Assembly (NCBI GenBank): GCA_951406725.2
Contig: OX597820.1
Coordinates: 24,738,001-24,802,000 of the forward strand
From: Octopus vulgaris
Lineage: Eukaryota
Length of the DNA stretch: 64,000 nt
Direction: 5' to 3'
Part shown: piece after piece, positions 26,794 to 40,904 of the stretch
Layout: every line of letters begins with the position of its first letter
Position numbering within the stretch: position 1 is the stretch's first letter
Notes under the pieces: generated by a model
What the model was told of the DNA's origin: nothing
The model's input: only the letters and a program-made list of their open reading frames with translations
The model's database searches: none
Made by a program: the position numbers and the translations under genes

Positions 26794-27826
26794 AGAACTG
26801 AGGCTGAGCCTTGAATCCAGTGGAGAAATACTGGATTATACCCAAGACAGCAGCAATTATACTTTCCAAATATTAAATTTAGTCAAAGACCTAAAAGGGA
26901 CAAAAATATGGAAATTTGTTGGAGCAGTCGATAATTTCTATGTAAATTTAAGCACGGTGGCTGAACTTCCGGGTCGGCGGGAGAATGCTACGCACCGTTT
27001 TCGCAAACTTTATAGCATCATTACCAAAGTTTCACCACCATTTATCATGCAAAAAGAGGCCTTTTCCGAAGATGGTGACTGCTATTCGTACGTGCCATGT
27101 GTTCAGGTAGCCAATGAAAGTGATGTTGATAATGCATTCGAAGACTACTTGCTTACTAATCGATACGATCATGACAAATTCAGTGTTTCTTGCTGCACAG
27201 GAGTGACCATAGATATCTTGGTCAAACTGGCGACGGACATGGAATTTGATTTCATCCTCTTCTTTCTCAAAGAACCTTTCGATGGAAACTACACGTATGA
27301 TTCAGGAAGTTGGAATGACACGTTAATGTACCTGGAAGATGACAGAGTCGATATAGTGGCAGGGCCGCTCAGTATAACAGTAGAACGGGTAAGGTATATC
27401 ACATTCACTGAGGTGTATTTTTACACTGGCTTCTCCATGATTACCATGAAGCGAGAGCGTGAAACTTCCATGGACGCCTTTCTAATGCCTTTTTCCGTGG
27501 AGGTATGGATCGGCATAGCGATAAGTGCCACAGTTACTGCCGTAGCAACATCATTGTTCGAGTGGAACAGTCCATTTGGACTCAACCCTAAGGGGAGAAA
27601 ACGGGAGCGCAACTATACCCTTGGTTCAGCACTCACTATGGTTTATTCAGTGCTTTTTGGTCATATTGTGCGCACCAAATCCCCTAAAAGTTGGCCAGGA
27701 AAAGTACTTCAGAACTTCTGGGCAGGTCTTGCAATTTTTATGATTGCAAGTTACACTGCTAATTTAGCTGCATACCTGGCAGGCCGCTCCGAGCAGTCGG
27801 ATTTACTAAACATAAATGACGAACGG
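26794..27826 (+). CDS. GRIN3A: Internal coding exon of an ionotropic glutamate receptor, NMDA GluN3-like (end of ATD, S1, M1, M2 pore loop, M3)
   Basis: Acceptor ttttttctcttctattttgtag| at 26793 and donor gaacgg|gtaagt at 27827. The frame is open from ELRLSLESSGE... to ...DLLNINDER. Motifs include CCTGVTIDIL, GSWND, AGPLSITVER, TEVYFYTGFS, FEWNSPFGLNPKGR, LFGHIVRTKSPKSWPGKVLQNFWA and SYTANLAAY. These match the recalled GluN3A-type pattern (FEWKSPFG..PKGR, LFGRT..IKPPKCWTG, TYTANLAA). The symbol marks the class, not proven one-to-one orthology. Confidence 0.95.
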
Positions 27827-28524
27827 GTAAGTAACTTTTTATACTTTCTATGTCTCTCAACCATACTCCATAAAAACTAAAAAAAAAAAAGCTTCCACAT
27901 ATTCACCAGCTTCTGTAAAAAAAAATTCTATACTCTCTTCTCCAATCTAAAATGTCCCATCACAGACTATTTTTGAACTTCATTTTCTCACTGTGAATTT
28001 AATACCTATAAATACAAAGGTTTCAAAGCTCCATATTACTCATCTGGATTCATAAATTTTAAATAGTTTTACCGTTTCTATCGATATTCTTTAATTTTTG
28101 TATCTGCATGTGGTAGGATCTGAAGAAAGTCATGGCCATTTCAATGTGTACATTTCTTATTAAATACCATCCCTCCACTTAACAACAAGAAAACGCGAAT
28201 AAAGCACTCGAGATATAACGAAATAAACAAGTAAACAGATAAACACTCTCACTTCTGGTCCATAGGTCTGCTGTCTTCTCTCTATGCATTTTCTTTGGGT
28301 GGAGGTGGCTCTTCACCCCTCGTAGTCCTCATCTCGCACCCTCTCATCACCCTTGTTGTGTACAACCCATCAGGCTTCCACAGTAATTAACATGTCCATT
28401 CTTTTTTTCCGTTTCCACAACACTGATGCTCTTGAATTCCCTCGCCTGCATATACCTTTCTCGGGGATATTGACTCACGAAGTTCTCAAACTCACCGAAC
28501 TACGAAAGCCTTCAAAGGGCACAT

Positions 28525-29212
28525 TCATACATACATACGCACACACACACACATACATACATACATACATACATACATACATACATACATACATACATAC
28601 ATACATACATACATACATACATACAAGAATGCCCTGTTATTGATGTTGAAATTCCAATGAAGGAGCCCTGGATCTAGTAAGAAACTGACTCTCTATTAGC
28701 AAGAAATCTTGAAAACTTTACACACACACATACATACATACATACATATATACATACATACATACATACAAAAATACAAACATACATACAAACATACATG
28801 CATACAAACAGACATGCATACATACATACAAACATACAAACATACATAAGTACAAACATACATACAAACATACATACATACAAACATACATGCATACATA
28901 CAAACATACATACATACATGTACACATACATACATACATACATACAAACAGACATACATACTTACATACATACATACAAACATACATACATACATACATA
29001 CATACATACAAACATACATACATACATGCATACCTACATACATAAATACGTACGTACATACATACAAGCATACATACATACATACATACATACAAATATG
29101 CATACATACAAACATACGTACATACATGCATACATACATACATACATACATACATACATACATACATACATACATACATACATACATACATACATACATA
29201 CATACATACATA
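28525..29212. repeat. (TACA)n microsatellite and degenerate array
   Basis: Seen directly. Confidence 0.95.
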
Positions 29213-29386
29213 AATCAACTGACTCGCAAACTACAAAATCAACCAACTATAAATAACTCGCACATTACAAATACAGTCTGTAAGTGGAACAATAAAACTA
29301 TGCAAGGCCTTTTGCAGGCCTAGAATGTGACATTGTTTCCGTTATCTGTATTCCTCTTCAGAGGAAGAAATTAAATTATTAAAAAC

Positions 29387-29810
29387 AGGCTGTGTAGTAA
29401 GTAGCTTGCTTATCAACCACATGGTTCCGGGTTCAGTCCCACTGCGTGGCACCTTAGGCAAGTGACTTCTGCTATAGCCTCGGGCCGACCAAAGCCTTGT
29501 GAGTGGATTTGGTAGACGGAAACTGAAAGAAGCACGTCGTATATATGTATATGTATATATATATGTGTGTGTATATGTGTGTGTGTTTGTGTGAATATGT
29601 TTGTGCGTCTATGTTTGTCCCCCAACATCGCTTGACAACAGATGCTGGTGTGTTTACGTCCCCATAACTTAGCGGTTCGGTAAAAGACACCGATAGAATA
29701 AGTACTAGGTTTACAAAGAATAAGTCCTGGGGTCGATTTGCTCGACTAAAGGCGGTGCTCCAGCATGGCCGCAGTTAAATTACTGAAATAAGTAAAAGAG
29801 TAAAAGAGAA
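29387..29810 (+). mobile_element. SINE family A, near full-length (tRNA-like head, internal TA/TG microsatellite, gtaaaaga tail)
   Basis: ggctgtgtagtaagtagcttgctt...ggttccgggttcagtcccactgcgtggcacc...ggtagacggaaactgaaagaagc...ggcggtgctccagcatggccgcagt...gtaaaagagtaaaagag. Confidence 0.92.
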
Positions 29811-30495
29811 GAAAAACATATATACACGCATATTTTTATATACATGTATGTATGTATGTGTGTGAGAGAGAGAGAGAGACAGAGAGAGAGAGAGTATGTA
29901 TGTATGTATGTATGTATGTATTTATTTATGTATGTATGTATGTATGTATGTACGTACGTACGTACGTATGTATGTATGTATGTATGTATGTATGTATGTA
30001 TGTACGTACGTACGTACGTATGTATGTATGTATCTATGTATGTATGTATGTATGTATGTATGTACGTACGTATGTATTAATACTTATTCAAATCGAATGT
30101 CTCATTTCGTCGCTACAACATGTTTCCCATCCTTTGTATTTCACAGCACCAATTCGCTTTAGTCGCTAATTTAAGACGGAAAAATAAAAACATTTAATAT
30201 TTTTTTGTAATGGTTGGCGCAAGAAGTTGAGGCTGGCGTGAGAATAAGACAGAAATAGACTATTGAAAAGGTGTAAAGGGAAAAGTGCAAGAAATATTAA
30301 GAAAGAAAAATGGCGAAGAGAATAACAGCGAGAAGCGTGAAAGGAAAGAAACAAACATACACAGGATTAGACGGGAAAGATAAACGGAGGAGTTGAGAAG
30401 AATTTGGAATATACGTATGTTGTATGGTATTATCTAATAGAGTATAGGAAGAATAAGTAAAGTGTTCGAAAGGATGAAACGGGATAGATAAATAG

Positions 30496-30636
<141 letters not shown>

Positions 30637-31928
30637 GAGAGAGATAGAGAGATAGATCTGTTTGTGCATTGTTTCCACATCATATAAAACTTTTTCAGTT
30701 CTTACTCAAAACTTCACCAAGAGACATGCATACATATGTAAGTATACACGTACCTACGTATATATGTATGTATAAGAATACATGTATGTGTAGATCGATA
30801 CATATATATATATATGTGCGTGTGTGTGGCAGAGGAATCTTATGTAGAAAGTTCGATGGATAGATGGATGGGTAGACGGAGGGACTGATCGATGGATGGA
30901 TGTACAAATAGAGAGATAAAACGAGTCAGTAAAACATTTCAAAGCGATCGAGAGATTGAGAGGAATTGAATACGGAGGCTGAAAATACGCAAACAATGAA
31001 AAAAAAAGTATGTAACTACAAAGAGAACAGTAACCCACAGAGAGATAAACCAAAAAAAAAAAAAAAAGGAAAGGATTGAGAAAAAGAAAAAAGTGAGGGA
31101 AAAAGTTGAAAGGTGTAAGAAAGTAATGTTGAACAAAATTATATTAACTCCACTAATTTAATTTTCATCGAAAAATCTAATGCAATATTACAGAGTTCGG
31201 GTTCTTTTTTTTTTTTTAAATAAAAAGAATTGTAATTATTTAATTTATATTTTCATCACTTCGGCATATTTCAATTTACATCGAAACTGTAATTGAGCAC
31301 GAATTATTCAATTCATTAACCTAATCATACATCTGACTATCTGCACGTTAACATATTTATCTTTAAAAATTTGTGTCTATTCGTCAAGGTATTTTAATCG
31401 TATTGTTAACTATTTTTATGCATTTACTTTTTTATATCGAACTACCGACATATTGTTTACTTACAACTGACTGTTTATTTAACCCTAACTCGCAAAATGC
31501 ATGTGTGGCATGGATCAGTATGCATACACTGGCACACTCGCACATACATACATACATACATACATACATACATACATACATACATACATACATACATACA
31601 TACGTACGTACATATATATGTACGTACACTCATTGCGCGCACTCGTTCCTAAACACAAATATAAAGACAAACATATATAAAGATAGAAATTCCTATATGA
31701 ATGTTTACGTATGTATGTATGTATTCATGTATCTGACTGTCTGTCTATCGGTCTCTCTCTGTCTGTCTGTCTGTCTATCTATCTATACCTTTTCTCATTC
31801 CTTTCTCTCGAAGTGCGTGGGCTTGAAATGTCAAAAACTTTTCCAATTTTCCTGAGCGTTAAACTAATACTCATTACTTGTTGTTTCCTCACCTGTCTGT
31901 GTCTTTTATTTTTTGTACAATTTTGAAC

Positions 31929-32082
<154 letters not shown>

Positions 32083-32209
32083 TATTTATGTTTCGAGTCT
32101 ACGCTCTTCTACAGAAAGGGGCACAGAAAAATACAAGGAGAGAAACAAGGTGAGGAAAAAATGTGTGTATTGGCTAACGATCTATCATGGCGACTGACTG
32201 CCGGACAGA

Positions 32210-32370
32210 AGGTGGCCAAGTGGCAGAATCGATAGCGCAGCGAACAAAATGCTGAGCGGCGTTTCATCCGTATTTGGTTCAAATTCCACTCTGGTCAACT
32301 TTGTCTCACATTCCTTCGCGATCGATAAAATATATCAGTTGAAATTTCAGGCCTTGTTCTTATTGTAGAA
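32210..32370 (+). mobile_element. SINE family B, degenerate
   Basis: gtggcagaatcgatagcgc...aaatgctgagcggc...ttcaaattcc...gtcaacttt...tcgataaa. Confidence 0.6.
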
Positions 32371-32379
32371 GGAATATAT

Positions 32380-32701
32380 GAGACCCCCTTCGGTCATAAC
32401 CGACCATATGATTGCCCCTAGAAAGTTACCTTCCAAGGCACAAGTCCGGAAGACCAGTAGTCGTCCATACATACCGGCTTCCCCTCTCTGTGTCACCAGT
32501 GTTATCTAAGGGAAAAAGCAAAGGCCGATACAGCTTGGCACAGGTTACGTCGCAGCTCATTTCTGCAGCTAGTGAACTGGAGCAACGTGAAATAAAGTGT
32601 CTTGCTCAAGAACGCAACACGAAACTCGGTCCGGTCCGGAATTCGAACTCACAACCTCACGATCATAAGCTCGACGCTCTAACCACTGAGCCATGCGCCT
32701 T
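32380..32701 (-). mobile_element. tRNA-derived SINE family D
   Basis: Minus-strand head ggcgcatggctcagtggttagagcgtcgagcttatgatcgtgaggttgtgagttcgaattccggaccgg has A and B boxes. Related to the heads at 43069 and 62888. Confidence 0.8.
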
Positions 32702-32729
32702 CACAGAAAGAATATATAATAAATATATA

Positions 32730-32956
32730 CTCTTTTACTCTTCTACTTGTTTCAGTCATTTGACTGTGGCCATGCTCGAGCACCGCCTTTAGACGAGCAC
32801 ATCGACCCCAGAACTTATTCTTTGTTAGCTTAGTACTTAATCTATCGATCTCTTTTGCCGAACTGCTAAGTTACGGGGACATAAACACACTAGCATCGGT
32901 TGTCAATCGATCTTGGGGGGACAAACACAGACACACAAACATATACACACACATAC

Positions 32957-33037
<81 letters not shown>

Positions 33038-33172
33038 CGACGAGCTTCTTTCACAGTTTCCGTCTACCAAATCCACTCACAAGGCTTTGGTTGGCCCGAA
33101 GCTTTAGTAGAAGAAACCTGCCCAAGGTGCCACGCAGTGGGACTGAACCCGGAACTATGTAGTTCGTAAGCA
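32730..33172 (-). mobile_element. SINE family A
   Basis: Reverse complement of the family A consensus. Confidence 0.9.
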
Positions 33173-33299
33173 ATAGTTATATGTTTATTTATTTTTTTTT
33201 TACCGTTTGTTTACATGATAATGGAGCAAATGCATTGTTCTGAAAAGCCAAAGTTGCAGAAACTTCGATGATACAGTCAGGTTCTTTTAAAAAATATAT

Positions 33300-33718
33300 A
33301 CTCTTTTCTCTTTTACTCTTTTACTTGTTTCAGTCATTTGACTGTGGCCATGCTGGAGCACCGCCTTTAGTCGAGCAAATCGACCCCGGGACTTATTCTT
33401 TGTAAGCCCAGTACTTATTCTTTCGGTCTCTTTTGCCGAACCGCTAGGTGACGGGGACGTAAACACACCAGCATCGGTTGTCAAGCAATGCTAGGGGGAC
33501 AAACACAGACACACAAACACATACACACGCACACACATATATATATACATATATACGACAGGCTTCTTTCAGTTTCCGTCTACCGAATCCACTCACAAGG
33601 CATTGGTCGGCCCGGGGCTATAGCAGAAGACACTTGCCCAAGATGCCACGCAGTGGGACCGAATCCGCAACCATGTGGTTGTTTAGCAAGCTACTTACCA
33701 CACAGCCACTCCTGCGCC
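33300..33718 (-). mobile_element. SINE family A, full-length
   Basis: Runs from the ctcttttac tail repeats to the cacagccactcctgcgcc head. Very similar to 50770-51130. Confidence 0.92.
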
Positions 33719-34049
33719 TACGTAATCAAAAAAAATTGTACTTATGTATTCATATTAAAAAAAAAAACACTCACACGTGCACAGACACCCACACACTCAC
33801 ACATACACACACATACTCATACACACATACACATACATACACACACACATACACACACATATTCACACACACATTCTCACACACACAACCACACACACAC
33901 ACACATACATATATATACTCGCACATACACATATATACACGTTGCGTTATAAGTAATCCTAAAACTTTTTCTCAGCGTCAATATTTGCCCCTGTATATGC
34001 TTGCCTACACTATCATTTTTTTTACAATTGTAGTAGTAGTAGTAGTAGC

Positions 34050-34161
<112 letters not shown>

Positions 34162-34446
34162 AGAAGGTAAAAAGAAACAATTAACCGTTAACGTGTTCTG
34201 GCGAAACGAAGAGTGGGAGAGAATACAAATGATAGCTCGGAGATATGTAAATGAAAACGTACTTATACATTTTCAGAAATTCTTTAACGCGTGCCGCGTG
34301 GATTGAATTTTTACCTTACTTTCAATATTTTGGCATTAATATACGCGTGCGCGAGTGTGTGTTTGTGTGCGTGTGTGCCCATATGTATATATACATATAT
34401 GCATACATACATACATACATACATACATACATACATACATACATAC

Positions 34447-34578
<132 letters not shown>

Positions 34579-34785
34579 TGATAGATAGGTAGGCACACGA
34601 ACACATACACACATATATATAGTTCGAAGCACATATATTAACCAAAAATATATATCATATCACAGTTGTACACAATTGTATTTTTGCTAACGTGCCGTCT
34701 TTCTAGAAGTGCAGCTTAAGGTGTCTTTACACAGAAACTAAACAAGTGAACATCGATATCAAATATATCACACACACACACATAC

Positions 34786-34862
<77 letters not shown>

Positions 34863-35551
34863 TATATGTCCATATGAATGTATGTTTACACCCTATATAC
34901 CCTATCTGCCGTAGAGTAAGTGATATGAAAAAATCAGCAAGATTTTGTAATATTAACATTCCTTGTGGGTGTACAAACTTAAGTGCGTGTAAATAAAACA
35001 GAGTTTTATCTAATCTTAGAGCAATTCATGTAGGTATTAGTTTTTCTTTAACATACATGTAGAATGTACTCTCAAGCATGAAGTCTTAGAAAGCCAGAAT
35101 GAAATTTACGATGTAAAACAGAGCTATTAATATCTTACTTCGTATAGCACAACATTGTAAAATAATAAATAGAAATATGACTCAATGAAAATAAAAATAA
35201 CATATTGAATTTGAAATAAAAGTATATTGAGGGATAAGAATATTTATAAGCGTATGCGTCAGCGTGTAAACGCGGAAGCGTGTGTGTGTGAATGGTCGTG
35301 TATTGAAGAGCGGTGTTTTTTTTATAAAAAGAAGGGTATTTAATCTAATATTTACACGCTATTATTTATAGCTTTGTTTGCTTGGAGCTTCACAGGTCCA
35401 AAGTAGAATGTGTATTATGTATACATGTATGTATGTATGTATGCATGTATATATGTATGTATATACATACTTATATGTATATAATATATGCGTGTATATC
35501 AAAATGAATAAATACATACATAGACATAGACATACATACACACACACATAT

Positions 35552-35610
<59 letters not shown>

Positions 35611-35611
<1 letters not shown>

Positions 35612-36247
35612 TAGCAGTATCGCCCGGCGTTGCTCGGGTTTGTAAGGGAAATAACTATATAAGCATTTTTAGTGAGTTATAGCAAAAAAATAGCAAAAAA
35701 TGCATTAAAAATGGAAAAAATATGATGGTAAATTTTTTTTTAAATCGTTGACTCATCGTAGACATTTTTAGAGAGTTACTTCCCTTATATAATAGCGAAA
35801 AAATGCATTAAAATGGAAAAAAAACGATGGTAAATTTTTTTTTAAATCGTAGACTCATGTAGACGCTTTCTTAGCCATTTCTGTTTTGGTGTCTTCAAGC
35901 CATGAAGTCGTTGTTCTAAAAGAACACTGGTCTCCTTGACAACGCATTACGACGTTGATTTCCTTACACTCCCTTCCCCACAGGTGCAGGTGTGAGCGTG
36001 GACGCCAACTCCGCCGCCATCGACACACGAAAAATTATGCATTAAAATGGAATAAAAAATGATGTTAAATTATTTTTAAAATCGTAGACTCATCGTAGAC
36101 GCACGCTAATATTCAGACGGGCTCGATATGAATCACGACTATAAGCTACCCGAATTTGGTTAAACTGCACCGCAAAATGTGGGAGTAGTTAGGAATCTAA
36201 ATCGAAGGGGACAGACACTCACACAACTACAGTTTTATATATATAGA
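35611..36247 (-). mobile_element. Complete non-autonomous Helitron (637 nt)
   Basis: The minus strand begins a|TCtatatatataaaactg and ends cccgagcaacgccggg-cgatactg-CTAG|t. This gives a 5' TC, a 3' hairpin plus CTAG, an A|T target and no TSD. Internal repeats of aaaaatgcattaaaatggaa...aaatcgtagactcatcgtagac. Confidence 0.88.
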
Positions 36248-36339
36248 TATACATAGCGCAGTAGTGGTGAGATGTGACAGCAAAGAAAAGCATACATTCA
36301 CTCTCTGCATGCAATTAGACTCGGAAAGTTCGTGAGGAA

Positions 36340-36615
36340 CCCATTGACCCAATTTGCTGACTTTTCCGATAGCACACAGGTCTCAATGAATGGTTGAATG
36401 ACCAAATCCAAGCTTCTCTGCTAGTTCCTCAACAGTTACGATGAGATTTTGTTCCACCAGGGTTTTCAGGATGTCCTTGTCGAGTTCTACAGATCTTTCA
36501 GGATGAGGCTCGTCTTCTAGGCTGTAGTTTATGGCTCGGGATTTCTGGAACCACCATTGACACTGCCTTACGCTTATTGTCCAATCCCCATATACTGCAT
36601 TAATATTTCTTGTAC
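36340..36615 (-). mobile_element. Mariner transposase N-terminal (HTH) fragment
   Basis: STRNINAVYGDWTISVRQCQWWFQK...SLEDEPHPERSVELDKDILKTLVEQN..VTVEELAEKLGFGHSTIH. Confidence 0.8.
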
Positions 36616-37039
36616 TTTGCACACATTTATATTCTGTTATTCTTTTATATGTTTCAGCCTTGAGGTTGTGGCCATGCTGGATCATGTGTGTGTGTGTGTG
36701 TGTGTCTATCTGTCTGTCTGTCTGTATGTATATATGTATATGTATGTGTGTGAACAATAATATTTTCAACAGATGTGTTGCAAATGTATCTGATTGTTCT
36801 CAAGCTTCAATACTGTGTGTGTGTGTATGTGTGTTTGTGTATGTATGTATGTATGTATATGTATGTATGTATGTATATGTATGTATGTATATATATGTAT
36901 GTATGTGTGTATGTATGTATGTGTGTGTGTATGTATGTGTGTGTGTGTGTATGTGTGTGTGTATGTATTATGTATGTATGTATGTATGTATGTATGTATG
37001 TACTTTATTACTAACACAAGCCACTACGGTTATTTAATG

Positions 37040-37468
37040 AAAGTCTTCCTCAAATCACTCTCTCTCTCGCTATTTACTCTCTTCCAAGAACATTTTCACT
37101 CACTCTTAGCTCTTAGCTTCCTATACATTTTACTCATGTATCTATCAGCGTCATAGACAGAATACTTTCAGTTTAGTCTTCCTCAAATCACTCTGTCGCT
37201 ATTTACTTTCATTTTATTCGTTGCCCACTGTGTGTGTGCGTTTGCGTGTGGTGTAAACCAGACTAAGAAAAGCATTTGACACACACACCAGAATGTGAGT
37301 TTTCTGTAAATTTTGCTTAATTGGAGTTTAAATTTTAAAAACTGGACCTGGCATGACGCGATGCATTGTACTCTTAAAAATGCTAGGTAAATTGTAATTG
37401 AAGAAAACCTATATTGTAGATTTGTATAACTCCCAAAGGGAGGCAGATAAAATCTGCCTTTTATAATA

Positions 37469-37472
<4 letters not shown>
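37040..37472 (-). mobile_element. Possible second non-autonomous Helitron-like element
   Basis: The minus strand starts a|TCttattataaaaggcagat next to (TA)n. Internal duplication of agtcttcctcaaatcactct..cgctatttact. The 3' end is not resolved. Confidence 0.35.
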
Positions 37473-37553
<81 letters not shown>

Positions 37554-37967
37554 ATATTGTTATATTTCGGAATGGTCATATTGCCAGTTTAGCCAATAAA
37601 AACACACGCACTATATATTTGGTGTATTTTGCTTCAGTGTTATCTATTTTTTACATTAATCTTAATCTTATTTCGGCCAGAGTTCTTTCGTCACACTCCT
37701 GTGACCGCATCAGTGGTCCTTTGTTTTCTTCTTTCTTATTTGTGTCTCTCCTTACTAACCGTCAGCCATTTTGTATTTTTATTGTATGTCTTCATTTGCG
37801 CATGCTTATATCTCTATAAGCTGAATAACACTGAAGCAAAATACACCAAATATATAGTGCGTGTGTTTTTATTGGCTAAACTGGCAATATGACCATTCCG
37901 AAATATAACAATATCTGTTTCAACATACGACTTCACATAAAAGATCTTGCACAACAAATATTTAAAC

Positions 37968-37968
<1 letters not shown>
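37554..37968 (-). mobile_element. Foldback element in (TA)n: 90-bp inverted arms (37554-37643 / 37825-37914) enclosing a hammerhead-like motif
   Basis: The arms are exact reverse complements as far as I can read (atattgttatatttcggaatggtc...gcttcagtgttat). The loop carries the motif at 37675-37719. Confidence 0.85.
37675..37719 (-). ncRNA. Minimal hammerhead-like motif with an A9 variant
   Basis: Minus strand: ggacca CTGATGC g gtcac-aggagt-gtgac GAAA gaac TC tggcc. Helix II gtcac/gtgac is perfect and helix I is cca/tgg. The core reads CUGAUGC instead of CUGANGA. Confidence 0.55.
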
Positions 37969-37996
<28 letters not shown>

Positions 37997-38001
<5 letters not shown>

Positions 38002-38345
38002 TCTTACTCTTTTACCTGTTTCAGTCATTTGACTGCGGCCATCCTGGAGCACCGCCTTTAGTCGAGCAAATCGACCCCAGAACTTATTCTTTGTAAGCCT
38101 AGTACCTATTCTATCGAACTCTTTTGCCGAACCGCTAAGTTACGGGGACGTAAATACATCAGCATTAGTACAAACATATACACACACATATATATCTATA
38201 CATAAATACAACGGGCTTCTTTCAGTTTCCGTCTACCAAACCACTCACAAGGCTTTGGTTGGCCAGAGGCTATAGAAGACATTTGCACATGGTGCCACGC
38301 AGTGGAATGAACCCGGAAGAATGAGGTTGGTAAGCAAGTTACTTA
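37997..38345 (-). mobile_element. SINE family A
   Basis: Reverse complement of the family A consensus. Confidence 0.88.
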
Positions 38346-38404
38346 GCAGGCAGTCAAAACTTACTTGGAATTGGATGCATGGCGTTCGATCATATAATAA
38401 TATA

Positions 38405-38461
<57 letters not shown>

Positions 38462-39239
38462 CATACATAGATACATATATATACATACATACATACATAT
38501 ATATATGCATATATACATACATATATATATATATACATACATACATATATATACATACATACATACATACATATATATATATGCATATATACATACATAT
38601 ATGATACATATATGTACATACCTACATATATATTATGTACATGCATATATGGATACTGGACGTCAAAAAAAACTTGAACAAAATGCAAAACGAGGATATA
38701 AAGAAACAAAAACATGAAAAACGAACTTTTTTCGAACAAGGAAAGAAAAAAATAGACAATCGAGACAGGCAACATCAAGAACAATCACTTCATCAGTCGT
38801 CCTCTGTTTTATTTACTCGGCGTTTCGAACATTGGTACAAGACGCGACTTAATTAAAATAGTCGTTCCCGCAAAACAAATTAAATAAAATTTGGGATTTG
38901 CGAAGGGTTAAAGTGGTAACAAAAACAAGACAGAAAGAACAAAATAGTAAAAACAAACTGTTAAGCCATAACCAGGTGAAGTGGTGAACGCTGGAAAAAG
39001 GAGCTTTGACAGGAGACAGGCAAAAGCGTGTCTGGTCTCCTGTTAGGCAAGGGGAAGAAAGATAGCCGCTGGTCACATGTGAACAACGAGAGAAGAATGA
39101 GAGAAAGGGGGAGGGAGGGAGAGAGAGGGAGAGAAAGAGAACGGTGAAGGGGAGGAGAAGAATTGGAGAAAGGGTGGGAGAGAAAAACAGAAAGAAAGAA
39201 GAATAAGAGAGGGAGAATAGAATATATATATATATGCGC

Positions 39240-39700
39240 ACACATGACTGCGTAGTAAGAAGCTTTCTTCCCGTTTGCGGCACATTGGGCAAGTATCTTT
39301 TACTGTAACCTCGTGACAACGAAAGCCTTGTAAGCAGAAGCTGAAGGAAGTCGTCGTATGTATGTATGTATGTATGTATGTATGTATGTATGTATGTATG
39401 TATGTATGTATGTATGTATCTATCTATCTATCTATATATATATATATAAATATTTATATATATATATATATATATATTTGTGTGTGTGCGTGTGCTTGCG
39501 CACCACCACCACCACTACCGTTTGACAACCGATGTTGATGGTTTTACATCCCTGTAATATCGCTGATTGACAAAAGAGACCGGTAGAATAAGAACTACGC
39601 TTACAAAGAATGAAACCTGGGGCAGTTTCTTCCACGAAGATCTTTTTAGGCGGTGCTCCAGCATGACCGCAGTCAACTGAATGAAACGGGTAAGAGAACA
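39240..39700 (+). mobile_element. SINE family A, degenerate
   Basis: ttgggcaagtatctt...aaagccttg...ttgacaaccgatgttg...ggcggtgctccagcatgaccgcagtc. Confidence 0.8.
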
Positions 39701-40350
39701 GAAGAATGAAAAATAGAAGAATACCTTTATGTGTGTTAATTCGTGGCTATGAGCGTGATACGCGTATGAATTCATAAATACAAGTCAGCTTTATATAAAT
39801 CGTTCACAATCTTAAGAAAGTTTTGATGTTTTAATATATATATCTATATATATATATATGGAGGCACATTCTCTCAGACACACGTTTGCAAACGCATACG
39901 AACACACGCGTACATGTATATGCAGTCTCATCTGTGTGTTTCTGTAATCGCATATGTTGTGTACATACGAATATGGGAAAGATGAAAGATATCAAGGATT
40001 GGATGTAATTAATGCCAGCAATAGCTGCCGTCAAGAAAAATAATAAAGCCATGAAAAAACGTTCCTATCCTCCTAAGAAGGATTTCAAACAACTCTTCCC
40101 TCTCTCTGTCTCTCCCTCTTCCTATCTCCTCCTTCTTTCTCTGTCTGTTTTCGTGCATATCGTATCGTGTATGTGTGTGTATCTGTGCGTCTGTATATAA
40201 TATAACGCATTTATACTCGTGGTATAGAAATATATATATACATATATACATATATACATATGTGTGTATATATATATATGCATATGTATACATATACATA
40301 TATACATATTAACATATATACATATACATATATATACATACATATGTGTG

Positions 40351-40390
<40 letters not shown>

Positions 40391-40904
40391 GTATTCAAAT
40401 ATGTATACGTGCATTTACACACATACATACATGCATACATAGATACACACACACACATATATACGTGCGTGTGTTTATGTGTGTGTTTGTTTGTGTGTGT
40501 ATGTTTATGTATGTATATGTTATACATATATGTAAAGTCAGCATTTGAAAGAAGCTTACTGTACGAAATTGCCCATATGACGTAACTAGCCATCATTCAC
40601 ATTGGAATTGGATATTTGTGAAAGCCGAAAACCGAGAGAACAAATACTGTTTATCTCCCAGTCTGGTAAACACACAACAGACGAGATATAACTTGATGTA
40701 CGAATCGAAAGAACGTTAATAATGGCTGAAAAGCAGTGGAGAAAGCTAAAGAAACATATAAATCATTCCTAATCTAATGTGAAAAAAAAAACAAATCCAT
40801 CAGGACAAATTTTCTGCAAAACATTCCCACTGCAACCATTTATACGTTCTTGTTACTTCATTGCTGTTTCTTGTTACATCGCCGTTGTTGTTATTGTTAT
40901 TATT

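Noticed and set aside
26957-27880. The 307-aa ORF taken as a complete gene
   Set aside because: It starts at a GTG within an open frame that extends to the acceptor at 26793, and it runs past the gtaagt donor at 27827. It is an internal exon.
38780-38835. Minus-strand GAAAcg...CTGATGA as a permuted (type II) hammerhead
   Set aside because: I could not form helix I or helix II convincingly. It is probably part of a PLE-related repeat but is not a supportable ribozyme.
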